A stretch of 33,493 nt of DNA from a virus (taxonomy: Duplodnaviria; Caudoviricetes). Below are positions 17,724 through 26,735 of this stretch, in pieces. The translations under genes and the position numbers were made by a program. Location: IMG/VR virus record IMGVR_UViG_3300011438_000027, positions 1-33,493 of that record; one strand, given 5' to 3'. Every line of letters starts with the position of its first letter. The stretch's first letter is position 1. The notes under the pieces were generated by a model. The model saw nothing but the letters and a program-made list of their open reading frames with translations, had not been told where the DNA came from and did no database searches.

Positions 17724-18028
17724 CGGTGTGCGCCCCTCCACATATTAATCGCCTGCTGATAAGGTATGTCAGTTGTAAAGTTTTCACCGCTACTCACGTA
17801 AATGACCGACTTATCGTCACCTATGAACTCGTTATCACCCGCTAGTTTGATGGCTACTATCTTAGAAAAGTCAATGGCAATCGGCATCCATTTATCGCCT
17901 TCGGGTAGTCCTAATTCGATTTCCTGCTTTGTGTTTGAGACACACCACACATTACAAGTCACTATAGGATCAACCCTCGTTTTCGATACTTGGCCTCTTT
18001 GTTCTGATATTATTTGCTCTTGCATCAT
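17720..18028 (-). CDS. Hypothetical protein
   Basis: 102 aa, ATGA-coupled within the glycosyltransferase block. Confidence 0.7.
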   Translation of the reverse strand: MMQEQIISEQRGQVSKTRVDPIVTCNVWCVSNTKQEIELGLPEGDKWMPIAIDFSKIVAIKLAGDNEFIGDDKSVIYVSSGENFTTDIPYQQAINMWRGAHR

Positions 18029-18630
18029 TTCGGTGTAATGTAAATTATCCCGCGTTTAGCTCCCTCTGCCAACGAATTATACTCCTTCACATAACCGTCA
18101 ACACTGTAAATCCTTTCAATACTCTTTTCAATCCAGGGCCACTCGTAAACGATGTCTTTATAAGTGTCAAATCCTAGTTCAGGATGGCCCGGAACTTTGA
18201 AGTCATGAATACAAATTATCGGCTTTATTCCTGAGTGCTGAATAATTTCAAACTCTGCCAGCATCGGGTTAAACTCATTCCAATGGGCATCTGAGAAGAA
18301 CAGAATCTTTTTATCCTTATGGATTTCCAACAGTTCCGGAAGTATCTCCACTGTCGAGCCGAAAAACATTTGCACGTTGTGGCACAGTTCAAGAAACTTT
18401 TGGGCGCGTGTGAAGTATTCCAAGTTGATTTCAATGGTTGCCACCTCTTTGCACATCAGCGCAAAACGTTTAGTTGTTCCGCCGAGATACGTTCCGCCTT
18501 CAATCGCCAAATCAATTCGATGATCTTTAATCAATCGCTTGATTCTTTCGGCCATGATGTTGTCTCCCTCAAATCCACTTAGGTTTCGTTTCTCATAGGC
18601 TTGCGTCCGTTTTACTTCTTGTGTTGTCAT
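18025..18630 (-). CDS. Class I SAM-dependent methyltransferase
   Basis: Motif I IEGGTYLGGTT, then VATIEIN, FFGST, FFSDAHW and IHDF. Confidence 0.8.
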   Translation of the reverse strand: MTTQEVKRTQAYEKRNLSGFEGDNIMAERIKRLIKDHRIDLAIEGGTYLGGTTKRFALMCKEVATIEINLEYFTRAQKFLELCHNVQMFFGSTVEILPELLEIHKDKKILFFSDAHWNEFNPMLAEFEIIQHSGIKPIICIHDFKVPGHPELGFDTYKDIVYEWPWIEKSIERIYSVDGYVKEYNSLAEGAKRGIIYITPK

Positions 18631-19289
18631 ATCATTACCCATTTACCTTGTTTGTCGCTTTGTCCGTTGTTGTTTAATCTCCACCAATCGTGCTGGGGAT
18701 GTGGAACGTTTATTTCCATTTCAGGATCTTCCATTTCATCCTTTTGTAGATAGTACATATTCAAGTTTGAATTCTGAAATATCACTCGATAGCCAAATTC
18801 ATCGGCTAGCTTTAGCCCTGCTTCAAAGGTGTATCCGTAATGGTCTGTGGCTTTAAATATAAAATCAGGATCGTATTCAACGGCGCGTGAGTCGGCGAAC
18901 TCTGAATTGTATTCAGAGATGATAAGACGTGGTCGGAACTCTCTCAATAGTTCGCGCAGTATCCAATAATCCTGACCATCCACGTCGATTGATAGCAAGT
19001 CAAACTCTTGCGGACACTGGTAACGCTTTAGTATTTCGTTGACATTCTCAGCACTGACATAATGTTGATGAACGCCGGGAAACGCCTGCCCATCGATCAA
19101 AATAGCCTTCCATCCTTCGTTACGAAATTGCTTGGTATTCGATAGATACGTTCCATTGTTCGCGCCGATGTCAACGAGAAACTTGCTTTTGATGCCGATG
19201 TTTCGCAAGATGAAACGTAGGTATCCTTCTTCACCGTACTGGCTCCAGCCTTGTACCTTGTGCTGACCTATTTCTTTAATCCAGTTCAT
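18627..19289 (-). CDS. FkbM-like (Methyltransf_21) O-methyltransferase
   Basis: SQYGEEG, VDIGANNG..LSNT, FDLLSIDVDGQDYWI and PRLIISEYN. Confidence 0.85.
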   Translation of the reverse strand: MNWIKEIGQHKVQGWSQYGEEGYLRFILRNIGIKSKFLVDIGANNGTYLSNTKQFRNEGWKAILIDGQAFPGVHQHYVSAENVNEILKRYQCPQEFDLLSIDVDGQDYWILRELLREFRPRLIISEYNSEFADSRAVEYDPDFIFKATDHYGYTFEAGLKLADEFGYRVIFQNSNLNMYYLQKDEMEDPEMEINVPHPQHDWWRLNNNGQSDKQGKWVMI

Positions 19290-19984
19290 TGACATTCTAT
19301 GGTTACGTCATGTGACAAATGCAAATACTTCATGCCGGTGAGTGTTCCAATACGATAAGGCGCGTAGATGTTCAGCAATGAACCAAGAACGGGCAAATCT
19401 CCCCACCGGTTTTTACGCTGCTCAGGACTGAACGCAAGCGCTTTCAGAACGTGCCCCACATTTCCGTTTCTCCAAAATTTCGGACTGCTCAGACCGACAT
19501 TTGTATAGACAAATTTATTGTTGTAGAAGTCTTCTTTCTTAGCTTCCGTCAATCGCTCAATCTCCTTTGGCAACGTCGCGTTCGTTTCGCTATGACTCTC
19601 TGCCCAGAAGCAAGATTTTACATATACGTTACCGTCGATATGCTCGAAAGGATCTTGTTCCACTTCCAATAAAATACAATCCTCATCGATACGCAGAATA
19701 TAATCGTAGTACTGGCATACCTCCCAAATGTCCCACATATTAAACCGACACATTCCCTCGTAGCCTCCCTGCCAGCGATCTGAGATGTCATGGAACTGAA
19801 TATCCATCCTCGATGCCCCACGGATGTAGCGTTGAGTCTTGCCATCGATATTGCCCTCATGGTAAAGCAGGATAGGATACTTTGAACCGAAAAACTTTTC
19901 GATAGCGTCATTGCGACGAATCAACGTTTCATATTTTTCTAACTCGTTGTAGCCGCGAGTCAACGCGACAATGGCGTTCGTCAT
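19286..19984 (-). CDS. GT15 (Kre2/Mnt1 alpha-1,2-mannosyltransferase)-like glycosyltransferase
   Basis: GYEGMCRF...YDYILRIDED...YTN...RWGDLPV parallels the GT15 signatures YRHMCRF / YDYYWR / RWGDAPV. Confidence 0.7.
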   Translation of the reverse strand: MTNAIVALTRGYNELEKYETLIRRNDAIEKFFGSKYPILLYHEGNIDGKTQRYIRGASRMDIQFHDISDRWQGGYEGMCRFNMWDIWEVCQYYDYILRIDEDCILLEVEQDPFEHIDGNVYVKSCFWAESHSETNATLPKEIERLTEAKKEDFYNNKFVYTNVGLSSPKFWRNGNVGHVLKALAFSPEQRKNRWGDLPVLGSLLNIYAPYRIGTLTGMKYLHLSHDVTIECQ

Positions 19985-20562
19985 GTGATGCCGTACTTTT
20001 GTTTGTGGGGAACTGAGTTCGTATATCTGTAATGAAATAGTTTCTTGTTTATAAAAACCTCTCGCTTGCAAATGCGCGTGATCCTGTCGGAATAATACTT
20101 GTCCTCTCCAAATCGGATATCCGGGAATCCGACAAGTAAGGCCAGTTTACGCAATACAGGATTGAAATGAGTCACGCCCCTGACATAATGATACCCGTGC
20201 CGATTCTTTTCCCATACCTTAAACCGTAGTGAATGGCAGCACACTTGTGGGTTTTTTCCGTTGGTAGTCATGGCAATCAGGAAGCCTACACAATCGGGCT
20301 CTTGTTGAAGAGCGGTCATAATCTCAATCACATAGTCAGGCATTGGCCAATCGTCCGAGTCAAAATAAACCACATACTTTCCCTGCGCCCTGAGTAGTAA
20401 CTTCTGCCGCTTCGCTCCCACGGATATTGTTTTGTCATCCTCTTCGTAAAGAAGTTCAACATCCAATCCATGACATTGTTTTAAGAATTCGGAATGAAGC
20501 AATTCAAAGAGTTCCCTTCGATCAATTGTAGTGCAGATCAATATGGACAGTATTGGATTCAT
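19981..20562 (-). CDS. GT2 family glycosyltransferase
   Basis: LSILICT..DR, SVGAKRQKLL..AQGKYVVYFDSDD and FPDIRFGED. Confidence 0.9.
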   Translation of the reverse strand: MNPILSILICTTIDRRELFELLHSEFLKQCHGLDVELLYEEDDKTISVGAKRQKLLLRAQGKYVVYFDSDDWPMPDYVIEIMTALQQEPDCVGFLIAMTTNGKNPQVCCHSLRFKVWEKNRHGYHYVRGVTHFNPVLRKLALLVGFPDIRFGEDKYYSDRITRICKREVFINKKLFHYRYTNSVPHKQKYGIT

Positions 20563-21272
20563 TTTATCCCTTTCTTTTTCATCCAATTGATATGCCCGGC
20601 TTTGTGCGCTTCAGGTGACAGGTCGTAAATGTTCACTTTACCTAGTCCGAATCTTTCTTTACACCGTTGCAAATAAACTTTCTCCCCTTGTGCCCAGGTG
20701 CCGTCAGCCTTGATACTCACCGCGTCTTTTGGTCGCGCTTCATTGTCGTGTTTGAAAACAATGTCGTTTCGGATAATCAATTTCTTTTGAACATCGGCTT
20801 TGTGGGTCATGATGGTATCGCAGAACATGTGCGAACATTGTGGATCATATAAATAGCCCTGTGAATTATAGTAATCCCGCGTCATGATCGGGAGCGTGAC
20901 TATCCAGCGCTGAGTTCCGTCGAAGGTTTTAAGAACTCCTGACTTGCCTTTCAGTGCTTCGGTTATTGCTATATTCCAGCCCTTAAAACAAAGGAAGTCG
21001 TCAGAGACAAGAATGAATATATCGCCACTTGCCAGCCTAGCAGCCTGGTTGCTGGCCTGTACGATGTTTTGGTTATCATTTACGATCATTCGGATATTCT
21101 GATCGCCGCTTATCCCTAACGCTCTGTATCCCTCTAATTCAGCATCGTTTAAGTCGAGAGAAAGAATGTATTCCCAGGCTTGCGGATACTCAATGTTCTG
21201 CAGCCAATGGACCATTGTATTAAGCGCTTCGAGTGGGCGGCTTCTGCTCGGATGTAAGATGCTCAGTTTCAT
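20559..21272 (-). CDS. GT2 family glycosyltransferase
   Basis: LSILHPSRSRP, ASNQAARLASGDIFILVSDDF and HMFCD. Confidence 0.85.
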   Translation of the reverse strand: MKLSILHPSRSRPLEALNTMVHWLQNIEYPQAWEYILSLDLNDAELEGYRALGISGDQNIRMIVNDNQNIVQASNQAARLASGDIFILVSDDFLCFKGWNIAITEALKGKSGVLKTFDGTQRWIVTLPIMTRDYYNSQGYLYDPQCSHMFCDTIMTHKADVQKKLIIRNDIVFKHDNEARPKDAVSIKADGTWAQGEKVYLQRCKERFGLGKVNIYDLSPEAHKAGHINWMKKKGIK

Positions 21273-21946
21273 AGTACACTAATATTTAGCGTGACAACTA
21301 TACCAACACAAAAAAAGGCTTGCATCAGCTTAGTATAAAATTCAAAATGCCTCGGCGTTACCTTGCTCTTTAGAAAGTCACCCGTAGGATCTGCGTATTT
21401 CAGCTCCATCGTATGCCCTTTCCCGCCATGCTTTCCGGAGCCGTGTCCTTTAATCCCAACCGCGCCGCTTTCGATAAACTTGCAGCGATAGTTTTTAGCA
21501 TACTGCCAAAGCTTGATGTCAAGGAATACCGTGTTATCAGGAGGCCAGCGAAATTTGTCTAAGGCTGAAATCCTGAACGCAGTGGTAAACAATGACGCCC
21601 TGCGGGGATGATTAAAAGACCTCCACCGCTTTGTTTTAATGTTGTAGTAAAGGCTTTCCTGATCGCCGATGAAGTCGTAACGGTCCATGAAACGTGCATA
21701 GCGTTCGATGTGGTCTATTCGATAACTGTCGTCGTCTTCAAAGATTACTATCCAATCTATGCCGTCTTTCTTGGCCAGTTCGTAACCCTCACGAATACGC
21801 TTGGTTATATCTGGCTGATTATCAACAGCGTCATAAATGACGTGATAACGCTCTAACGGCTGAACGGTCTGCCATCCAATCTGATCCTGACAGAACCCAA
21901 AGAGTTCTATACGATCACGCGTAGGGGTGAGGGTGGCGATGTTCAT
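21269..21946 (-). CDS. GT2-like glycosyltransferase
   Basis: IATLTPTRDR...IGWQT...WIVIFEDDDSY. Start inferred from the ATGA overlap. Confidence 0.8.
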   Translation of the reverse strand: MNIATLTPTRDRIELFGFCQDQIGWQTVQPLERYHVIYDAVDNQPDITKRIREGYELAKKDGIDWIVIFEDDDSYRIDHIERYARFMDRYDFIGDQESLYYNIKTKRWRSFNHPRRASLFTTAFRISALDKFRWPPDNTVFLDIKLWQYAKNYRCKFIESGAVGIKGHGSGKHGGKGHTMELKYADPTGDFLKSKVTPRHFEFYTKLMQAFFCVGIVVTLNISVL

Positions 21947-22179
21947 TTTGGCAGGTGAGGTAACAGAGGATTGGGTATGCAAATGGATCTATAGTCTTCA
22001 TTTATTACTTTGGTTTTCATCCCCTGACCAAACGTGTGAATCTCCTGCGTGTTGAAAAAGATTGACACCATCAACCAATCAACACCGTCGCTGGAGTACC
22101 CTTCTGCGGTCCAATAGATAGCGCCCTCACGGATAAGGATGTCAATAGCTTGCTGGGTTGTTAGGTGCGTGTGTCTCAT
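21943..22179 (-). CDS. Hypothetical protein
   Basis: 78 aa, ATGA-coupled on both sides. Confidence 0.6.
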   Translation of the reverse strand: MRHTHLTTQQAIDILIREGAIYWTAEGYSSDGVDWLMVSIFFNTQEIHTFGQGMKTKVINEDYRSICIPNPLLPHLPK

Positions 22180-22769
22180 TTTGATACTTTCGCTTCATAT
22201 TTTTCGACTGCGTTGATACCCCATTGTAATTCTTGATCTGTTAGATCAGCGTAAACAGGCACCACCCCATCAAACGCCGTACCTTTAACCCCAAGCCACA
22301 ACTTTACGCCGATACGATTCATCTCTTTGAAGTACCTTAGATACTTTGTGATCTCCTGATCCCCGCCTTTCGTTCCTTTTCTCCAAGTCTTATGTGTAAG
22401 CATGTCGCAGCCGTACATTATAATTTCAGTCGCTCCCATTCTTATCGCTAGACTCAAACACATGATTGGCGTAGTGACGGACGTTTGGCAATAGCCTTTC
22501 ATGATCATCTTATTGAACGTTGTCACTTTCGGGATCTTCTCAGCGCTGGGGAAGAACGGTTTCCATTGGCTCAAAGAAGTTGTCAGCACTTGCGCTTTAG
22601 ATTTCGTGATTACCTTCATTCGCTCCGGTGTGAATTTGCGAGGTGCGTTTGCCAGCACTAAATAGTCAACAGGATTGCCGAACTTCTCACAGTCGTTGCT
22701 GCCGATGGTTGTCCCTCTCGGAATCCATCCTTTTGCTGAGTCTCCGCAAGCAATTACCGTCATTATCAT
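22176..22769 (-). CDS. Maf/DUF115 (GT29/GT42 sialyltransferase-fold)-like transferase
   Basis: VIACGDS...TIGSND...VDYLV...TTPIMCLSLAIRMGATEIIMYGCDM matches the family pattern (I.G.GPS, I.vN, A..mG..eI.l.G.D). Confidence 0.7.
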   Translation of the reverse strand: MIMTVIACGDSAKGWIPRGTTIGSNDCEKFGNPVDYLVLANAPRKFTPERMKVITKSKAQVLTTSLSQWKPFFPSAEKIPKVTTFNKMIMKGYCQTSVTTPIMCLSLAIRMGATEIIMYGCDMLTHKTWRKGTKGGDQEITKYLRYFKEMNRIGVKLWLGVKGTAFDGVVPVYADLTDQELQWGINAVEKYEAKVSK

Positions 22770-24016
22770 TGTCTATATTTATTCGGGTGTTTAATAAAGT
22801 CCTTATAACATTCTGCTATCAGATAACGGAACGAGTCGAGTTTATGACAAGGAAACGTTTGATTTTTGATTAATTCCCCCTCATCATCGACCATCGCCAT
22901 TTCGAGATCCTTGATTGTTTTCTTACAGTTCTCGGTGATATAAAACTTTGCGTTCTTCAGCACCGAGTTGCACAGAACCCGTGAATCCGATAGCGCAAGG
23001 TTTTGCGTAGGCACCCGGATTTGATCGTCGGTAAGCTGTAGCGCTTCTTTCAACACGCGGTAATGGTTAAGGTTGCCACGGGTCAAGGCACTGCGGTTTC
23101 GGCCTGTAGCGTCGCCAGTTACGTCCATGTTGAAAGTCCAATTCACATAATCCGCGATAATCATTTCGGCAACTTCAGGGGTTGAGCCGTTCTGCAAATC
23201 AATTTCAGCAAACGCATAGGTAGTCCATATATCAATTTGCTGCCCAACTAAACAGGTCATCGGATCTTTATTAAAGTCCAGGGAGAATATTAACGGCAAA
23301 TGGGGGTTCGGAGCATATGATTTGATAACGTGTTTCCTTGGCTCAAAGGCGTAGAGGAACGGCCTATCGTTCGCGTCAACGTATTCGGCTAGATATTCCT
23401 GTCGGAAGTTAATGTCGTCGAGTTGGTCCTTCGCCTCTTCTATTTCGGATCGTAAAATGTGCGGATTGTCGTATGTTGTGTAATGGAAAAATGCCCAGTT
23501 CTCAAAAGGCCGGTGCTTTTCTTCAATCAGATAAAAACCGTTGTTCTTTCCCTTTGGGCGGCTCATTATAAAGGCATCGCCCTGATAATCGGTAAGCGTT
23601 GGCCTAATTGTATTCTCCCAAGCGATATATAATTTTGGTGCTTTTGCAGCTTCGTCCACAATGGCCCTTTTGTATTTTCTTCCCTGGCCTGAGTCCGGAT
23701 CTTCCATAGACCAAAAGTCTATTAAGCCCCCAGGAATGACTAACTCGATCTGCTTTAACTGCTCGTTCACCTTGTTCGTTATTGGTCTGTAGAGATTTTT
23801 TAAGTCTTTCCATACTTCGGATAAATCCTTATATGTCGGGAACCAGATACCAACCGGCCAGCCGTCCAAACTAATGGACGAAAGCTCTTCTATCATGGTT
23901 GTTTTGCCTCCTCGTCGCCCCCAACGCAGGTGATTGAACCGTTTAGCATTGCTGATAACGTATTCTTGCGCTGAATGCAGCGTTGGCAGGAAAAAATCAA
24001 CTGTTACGCTGGACAC
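22766..24016 (-). CDS. terL: Terminase large subunit
   Basis: Walker A GRRGGKT, Walker B AIVDEAA, FRQEYLAEY, and nuclease motifs LDFNKDP and HKLDSFRY. Confidence 0.95.
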   Translation of the reverse strand: MSSVTVDFFLPTLHSAQEYVISNAKRFNHLRWGRRGGKTTMIEELSSISLDGWPVGIWFPTYKDLSEVWKDLKNLYRPITNKVNEQLKQIELVIPGGLIDFWSMEDPDSGQGRKYKRAIVDEAAKAPKLYIAWENTIRPTLTDYQGDAFIMSRPKGKNNGFYLIEEKHRPFENWAFFHYTTYDNPHILRSEIEEAKDQLDDINFRQEYLAEYVDANDRPFLYAFEPRKHVIKSYAPNPHLPLIFSLDFNKDPMTCLVGQQIDIWTTYAFAEIDLQNGSTPEVAEMIIADYVNWTFNMDVTGDATGRNRSALTRGNLNHYRVLKEALQLTDDQIRVPTQNLALSDSRVLCNSVLKNAKFYITENCKKTIKDLEMAMVDDEGELIKNQTFPCHKLDSFRYLIAECYKDFIKHPNKYRQ

Positions 24017-24230
24017 GGATTATCATTTCAGTGGGTAGTCCTTCATTTTCTTTCGGTTTGCCGTATTTGTAGGCAAGCCACAACTGAGCAGCATGAATGT
24101 TACCAGGTCTGCAAGCACTTTTGTATAGATTCGTAAGCACCTTTTCAGTGTTGCCAATGTCGTCCATGATAGCCGATAGCCTCAATTCCTCTACCTTGCT
24201 CTTCCTTCCCGCGTTTGATTTCTTGGCCAT
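23997..24230 (-). CDS. Terminase small subunit
   Basis: 77 aa upstream of terL, with the pattern NAGRKSK...GNIHAAQLWLAYKYGKPK. Confidence 0.75.
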   Translation of the reverse strand: MAKKSNAGRKSKVEELRLSAIMDDIGNTEKVLTNLYKSACRPGNIHAAQLWLAYKYGKPKENEGLPTEMIIRVQRNS

Positions 24231-24252
24231 ATGATTAATTGGGTCTGTTTCC

Positions 24253-24260
24253 CAAATTTA
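24253..24260 (-). promoter_or_regulatory. -7 promoter element for the terminase/late operon
   Basis: TAAATTTG on the minus strand, 22 nt upstream of the small terminase ATG. Confidence 0.5.
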
Positions 24261-24271
24261 GACAAACTCCT

Positions 24272-24535
24272 TCACTTCCATATTGTATCGATACCGTCAA
24301 TCATTTTCACAATTGCCCTTGTCTTTTCGAAATTAACTCGCAGATCTCTTTTGAATAAATTTCTAATATCTGCCCAATATTCGGTTTCAAAATCATCATT
24401 CGATTTAACCGCGATGAGTAGTTGTTTATTGGCATTTGTATACGTCTCGCCCAATATAGTGTCTGATTCCCTCGATTCGTTAAGCATGAAAACCAGCTTT
24501 GATATAAATTCAGCTTGTTCTATGGTCATGGTCAT
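24272..24535 (-). CDS. Hypothetical protein (AT-rich cassette)
   Basis: 87 aa, overlapping the end of the ParB-like gene. Confidence 0.6.
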   Translation of the reverse strand: MTMTIEQAEFISKLVFMLNESRESDTILGETYTNANKQLLIAVKSNDDFETEYWADIRNLFKRDLRVNFEKTRAIVKMIDGIDTIWK

Positions 24536-25385
24536 TCAGTTGATCAACTAGGCTAGTCCCTTGTTTAAGAGTAACGCCAAGTTTTTTGAGTATCACTATA
24601 GAATCATTAACAAACTCACGCCCCCATGGATTTTCATCACCAACTGCATGAATTGCATCAAAAATCTCATCGAATGCGAATCCAACATTCTCAGCATAGC
24701 GCCAATGGCTACTCATGTTCCTTCCTGGCGCTTCACTTTCATGTAATTTTACCGCGTACCTAAAATAAATACTGTGATCTATGATTGATTTTATATCCTG
24801 GTAGGCGTCATTTGTTTTTAACAACTCAAGTGCGTAAAATGGTGGCCATTTGAATTCATTTGAGATAAATTCTACTCTGGTTAATATAGATCGTGTGGCC
24901 TCAAACTCAAACGAGAATTTACCACTATTAAAAACTTTTCTATCAATTCTATTAAATGAATTGGAATTTTGATCTTGTGCAGCAAGGACAATGATACGGT
25001 AATCAAACCCAAATTGATCCTTTAACAGAATAAGGTCATTGTAATTTTTCAAAGATGAATATAGTTTGATTACCTCATGAAGTGGTATATTCTTATGTAT
25101 ATGTTTCACCCGTATCGCATCCTCAATGGTAGTTATCTCAGCAATTTTATAATTAATCGCTAACCCAAGTTCATATAAAGCTAAGAATCGATATTTACCA
25201 TCCAGAATATTGTAATTATTATCAACCAGAATTGGATAGTCTTTGGATAGATTTTTTTCGTCAATAGATTCCTTCACCACATTCAGAAATTTTTTCGAAA
25301 CCTTAAAGTCTTTGAGATTGAAAAGAGAGTAGTCTTTTGTTTCTAATATTCTACTCTTTTCGGATGGTTTAACCTGTGGTTTCAT
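24510..25385 (-). CDS. ParB/Srx-like N-terminal domain protein
   Basis: ESIDEKNL...PILVDNNYNILDGKYRFLAL is a ParB-like DGxxR motif. The gene is AT-rich. Confidence 0.7.
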   Translation of the reverse strand: MKPQVKPSEKSRILETKDYSLFNLKDFKVSKKFLNVVKESIDEKNLSKDYPILVDNNYNILDGKYRFLALYELGLAINYKIAEITTIEDAIRVKHIHKNIPLHEVIKLYSSLKNYNDLILLKDQFGFDYRIIVLAAQDQNSNSFNRIDRKVFNSGKFSFEFEATRSILTRVEFISNEFKWPPFYALELLKTNDAYQDIKSIIDHSIYFRYAVKLHESEAPGRNMSSHWRYAENVGFAFDEIFDAIHAVGDENPWGREFVNDSIVILKKLGVTLKQGTSLVDQLNDHDHRTS

Positions 25386-25398
25386 ATTTTTTGCTTTT

Positions 25399-26715
25399 TT
25401 ATAGTGCTTTTCTCATAACCGGTATTTTCTCCAATTCATTTTCAATGGCCGAATCCTCAAACTTCGCTTTATAGTGATTGATCGTTTTATATTCGGTGAT
25501 GCCGGTTAATTCCATTACATACTCTATCGGCATACCAGCTTGGAGGGCAAGTGTTATGAACGACTTGCGTTCCGAATGTGAAGACAAAAACTCCCACTTC
25601 TTCCCCGAGATCCTGATCCTTTTCTCGCCAGCATAGCGGAAAATTTCTATGTGCGAATCAATGCCAGCCTCCTTACATGCCCGCTTGATATTCTCGTTTA
25701 ACTTTTGCTCGGAGATGATTGGAATCTTCCAATTGTATTTTTGCAGGATGTCCAATGCGGGAGCACAGTACCCTTTGAAATGAACTGTTATTTTCTTCTG
25801 TGAAAGTCGATTTCCTTTCTTAGGGGTGAAGGTCCATTTATCATTATGGAAATCCTTCAGGTCAAAACGTTTGATATCTGAGATCCTTTGCCCTGTCCTG
25901 CAGCCGAATACAATGCAATCCCGAGCTATTTCCAGCGCCTTGGAGGTGTAGGTGTGTCGCTCAAGCCTTTCCAGCTCCGAGGATGTCAGGCTTATTGGAG
26001 GATGAACCCGTCGAATGATCTGCCATAGCTTATAAGATTGGTGGACCTGGTAGCCACGCTTTTCAGCCCAGGCGATAAAGGTTTTTAGCTGGATAAGGTA
26101 GCTGTAAACCATGTCGTCGAAGATGCCAACAGGTTCGCCCTGGTCGCCTTCTAGAAGATCCCATGATCCGTCAAGATTGCGCGTAAGTCTGCAACCTCCA
26201 TAGAAAGGGTTTGGAATTTGGTAGAGGAACTTCTTGAACGCGTCATAGAAGTTAAAGTCCATTGTCGCAAGGTCATAGGAATAGGCCTTCTCGAAATCCG
26301 TAAGCCTGGTAAGCAGGGTTGCGTACTTGCTGACTGTTTTCGAATCCTTTTCATTTCTGTAGGCATCCAGGAACTTGTCATAGGCTACGAATAATGTTTT
26401 TTTTTCCTCTTCAGGTCTTCTCAGCGCTAGGGCCTTGAACTCAGTAAAGGGCATACTCCGGTTATTCCGGTACAGCGTAAGCAGTTGATGCTTGAAGTCG
26501 GACAGGTATTCGTTGAGTTCCAGGTGTCCGCGGTGGGTGCCTTTTACTACTTGGTCTTTGGGGTTCCAGTAGCGAGGGGCGATCTTTTCGTCAAGTGTAA
26601 TTTCAAAACGGTGTAAGCGGTCCACGGTAAATTTGGCAATAATTGACACCTCCACATTTTGCGGGTTCCTTTTCGTGGAGCGATAGCGGCGGAGGTAGAA
26701 TTTAACGGTTGCCAT
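25399..26715 (-). CDS. int: Tyrosine integrase (Bacteroidota type: arm-binding, SAM-like and catalytic domains)
   Basis: TGQRISD (R), SSHSERKSF (HxxR), LTGITEYKTINHY (catalytic Y). The N-terminus is MATVKFYLR. Confidence 0.95.
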   Translation of the reverse strand: MATVKFYLRRYRSTKRNPQNVEVSIIAKFTVDRLHRFEITLDEKIAPRYWNPKDQVVKGTHRGHLELNEYLSDFKHQLLTLYRNNRSMPFTEFKALALRRPEEEKKTLFVAYDKFLDAYRNEKDSKTVSKYATLLTRLTDFEKAYSYDLATMDFNFYDAFKKFLYQIPNPFYGGCRLTRNLDGSWDLLEGDQGEPVGIFDDMVYSYLIQLKTFIAWAEKRGYQVHQSYKLWQIIRRVHPPISLTSSELERLERHTYTSKALEIARDCIVFGCRTGQRISDIKRFDLKDFHNDKWTFTPKKGNRLSQKKITVHFKGYCAPALDILQKYNWKIPIISEQKLNENIKRACKEAGIDSHIEIFRYAGEKRIRISGKKWEFLSSHSERKSFITLALQAGMPIEYVMELTGITEYKTINHYKAKFEDSAIENELEKIPVMRKAL

Positions 26716-26735
26716 TAGTTACGATTCAATTAAGT

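Noticed and set aside
16959-22769. Serotype-conversion or DNA-hypermodification role for the glycosyltransferase block
   Set aside because: There is no GtrA/GtrB/flippase or polytopic transferase, no hydroxymethylase or base-modifying gene is visible, and the block is coupled to late genes. Kept only as alternatives to test.
755-24746. Many plus-strand ORFs of 60-120 aa in the late region, and short out-of-frame minus-strand ORFs
   Set aside because: They lie almost entirely within longer, motif-bearing, translationally coupled minus-strand genes and have no recognisable domains, so they are treated as shadow ORFs.
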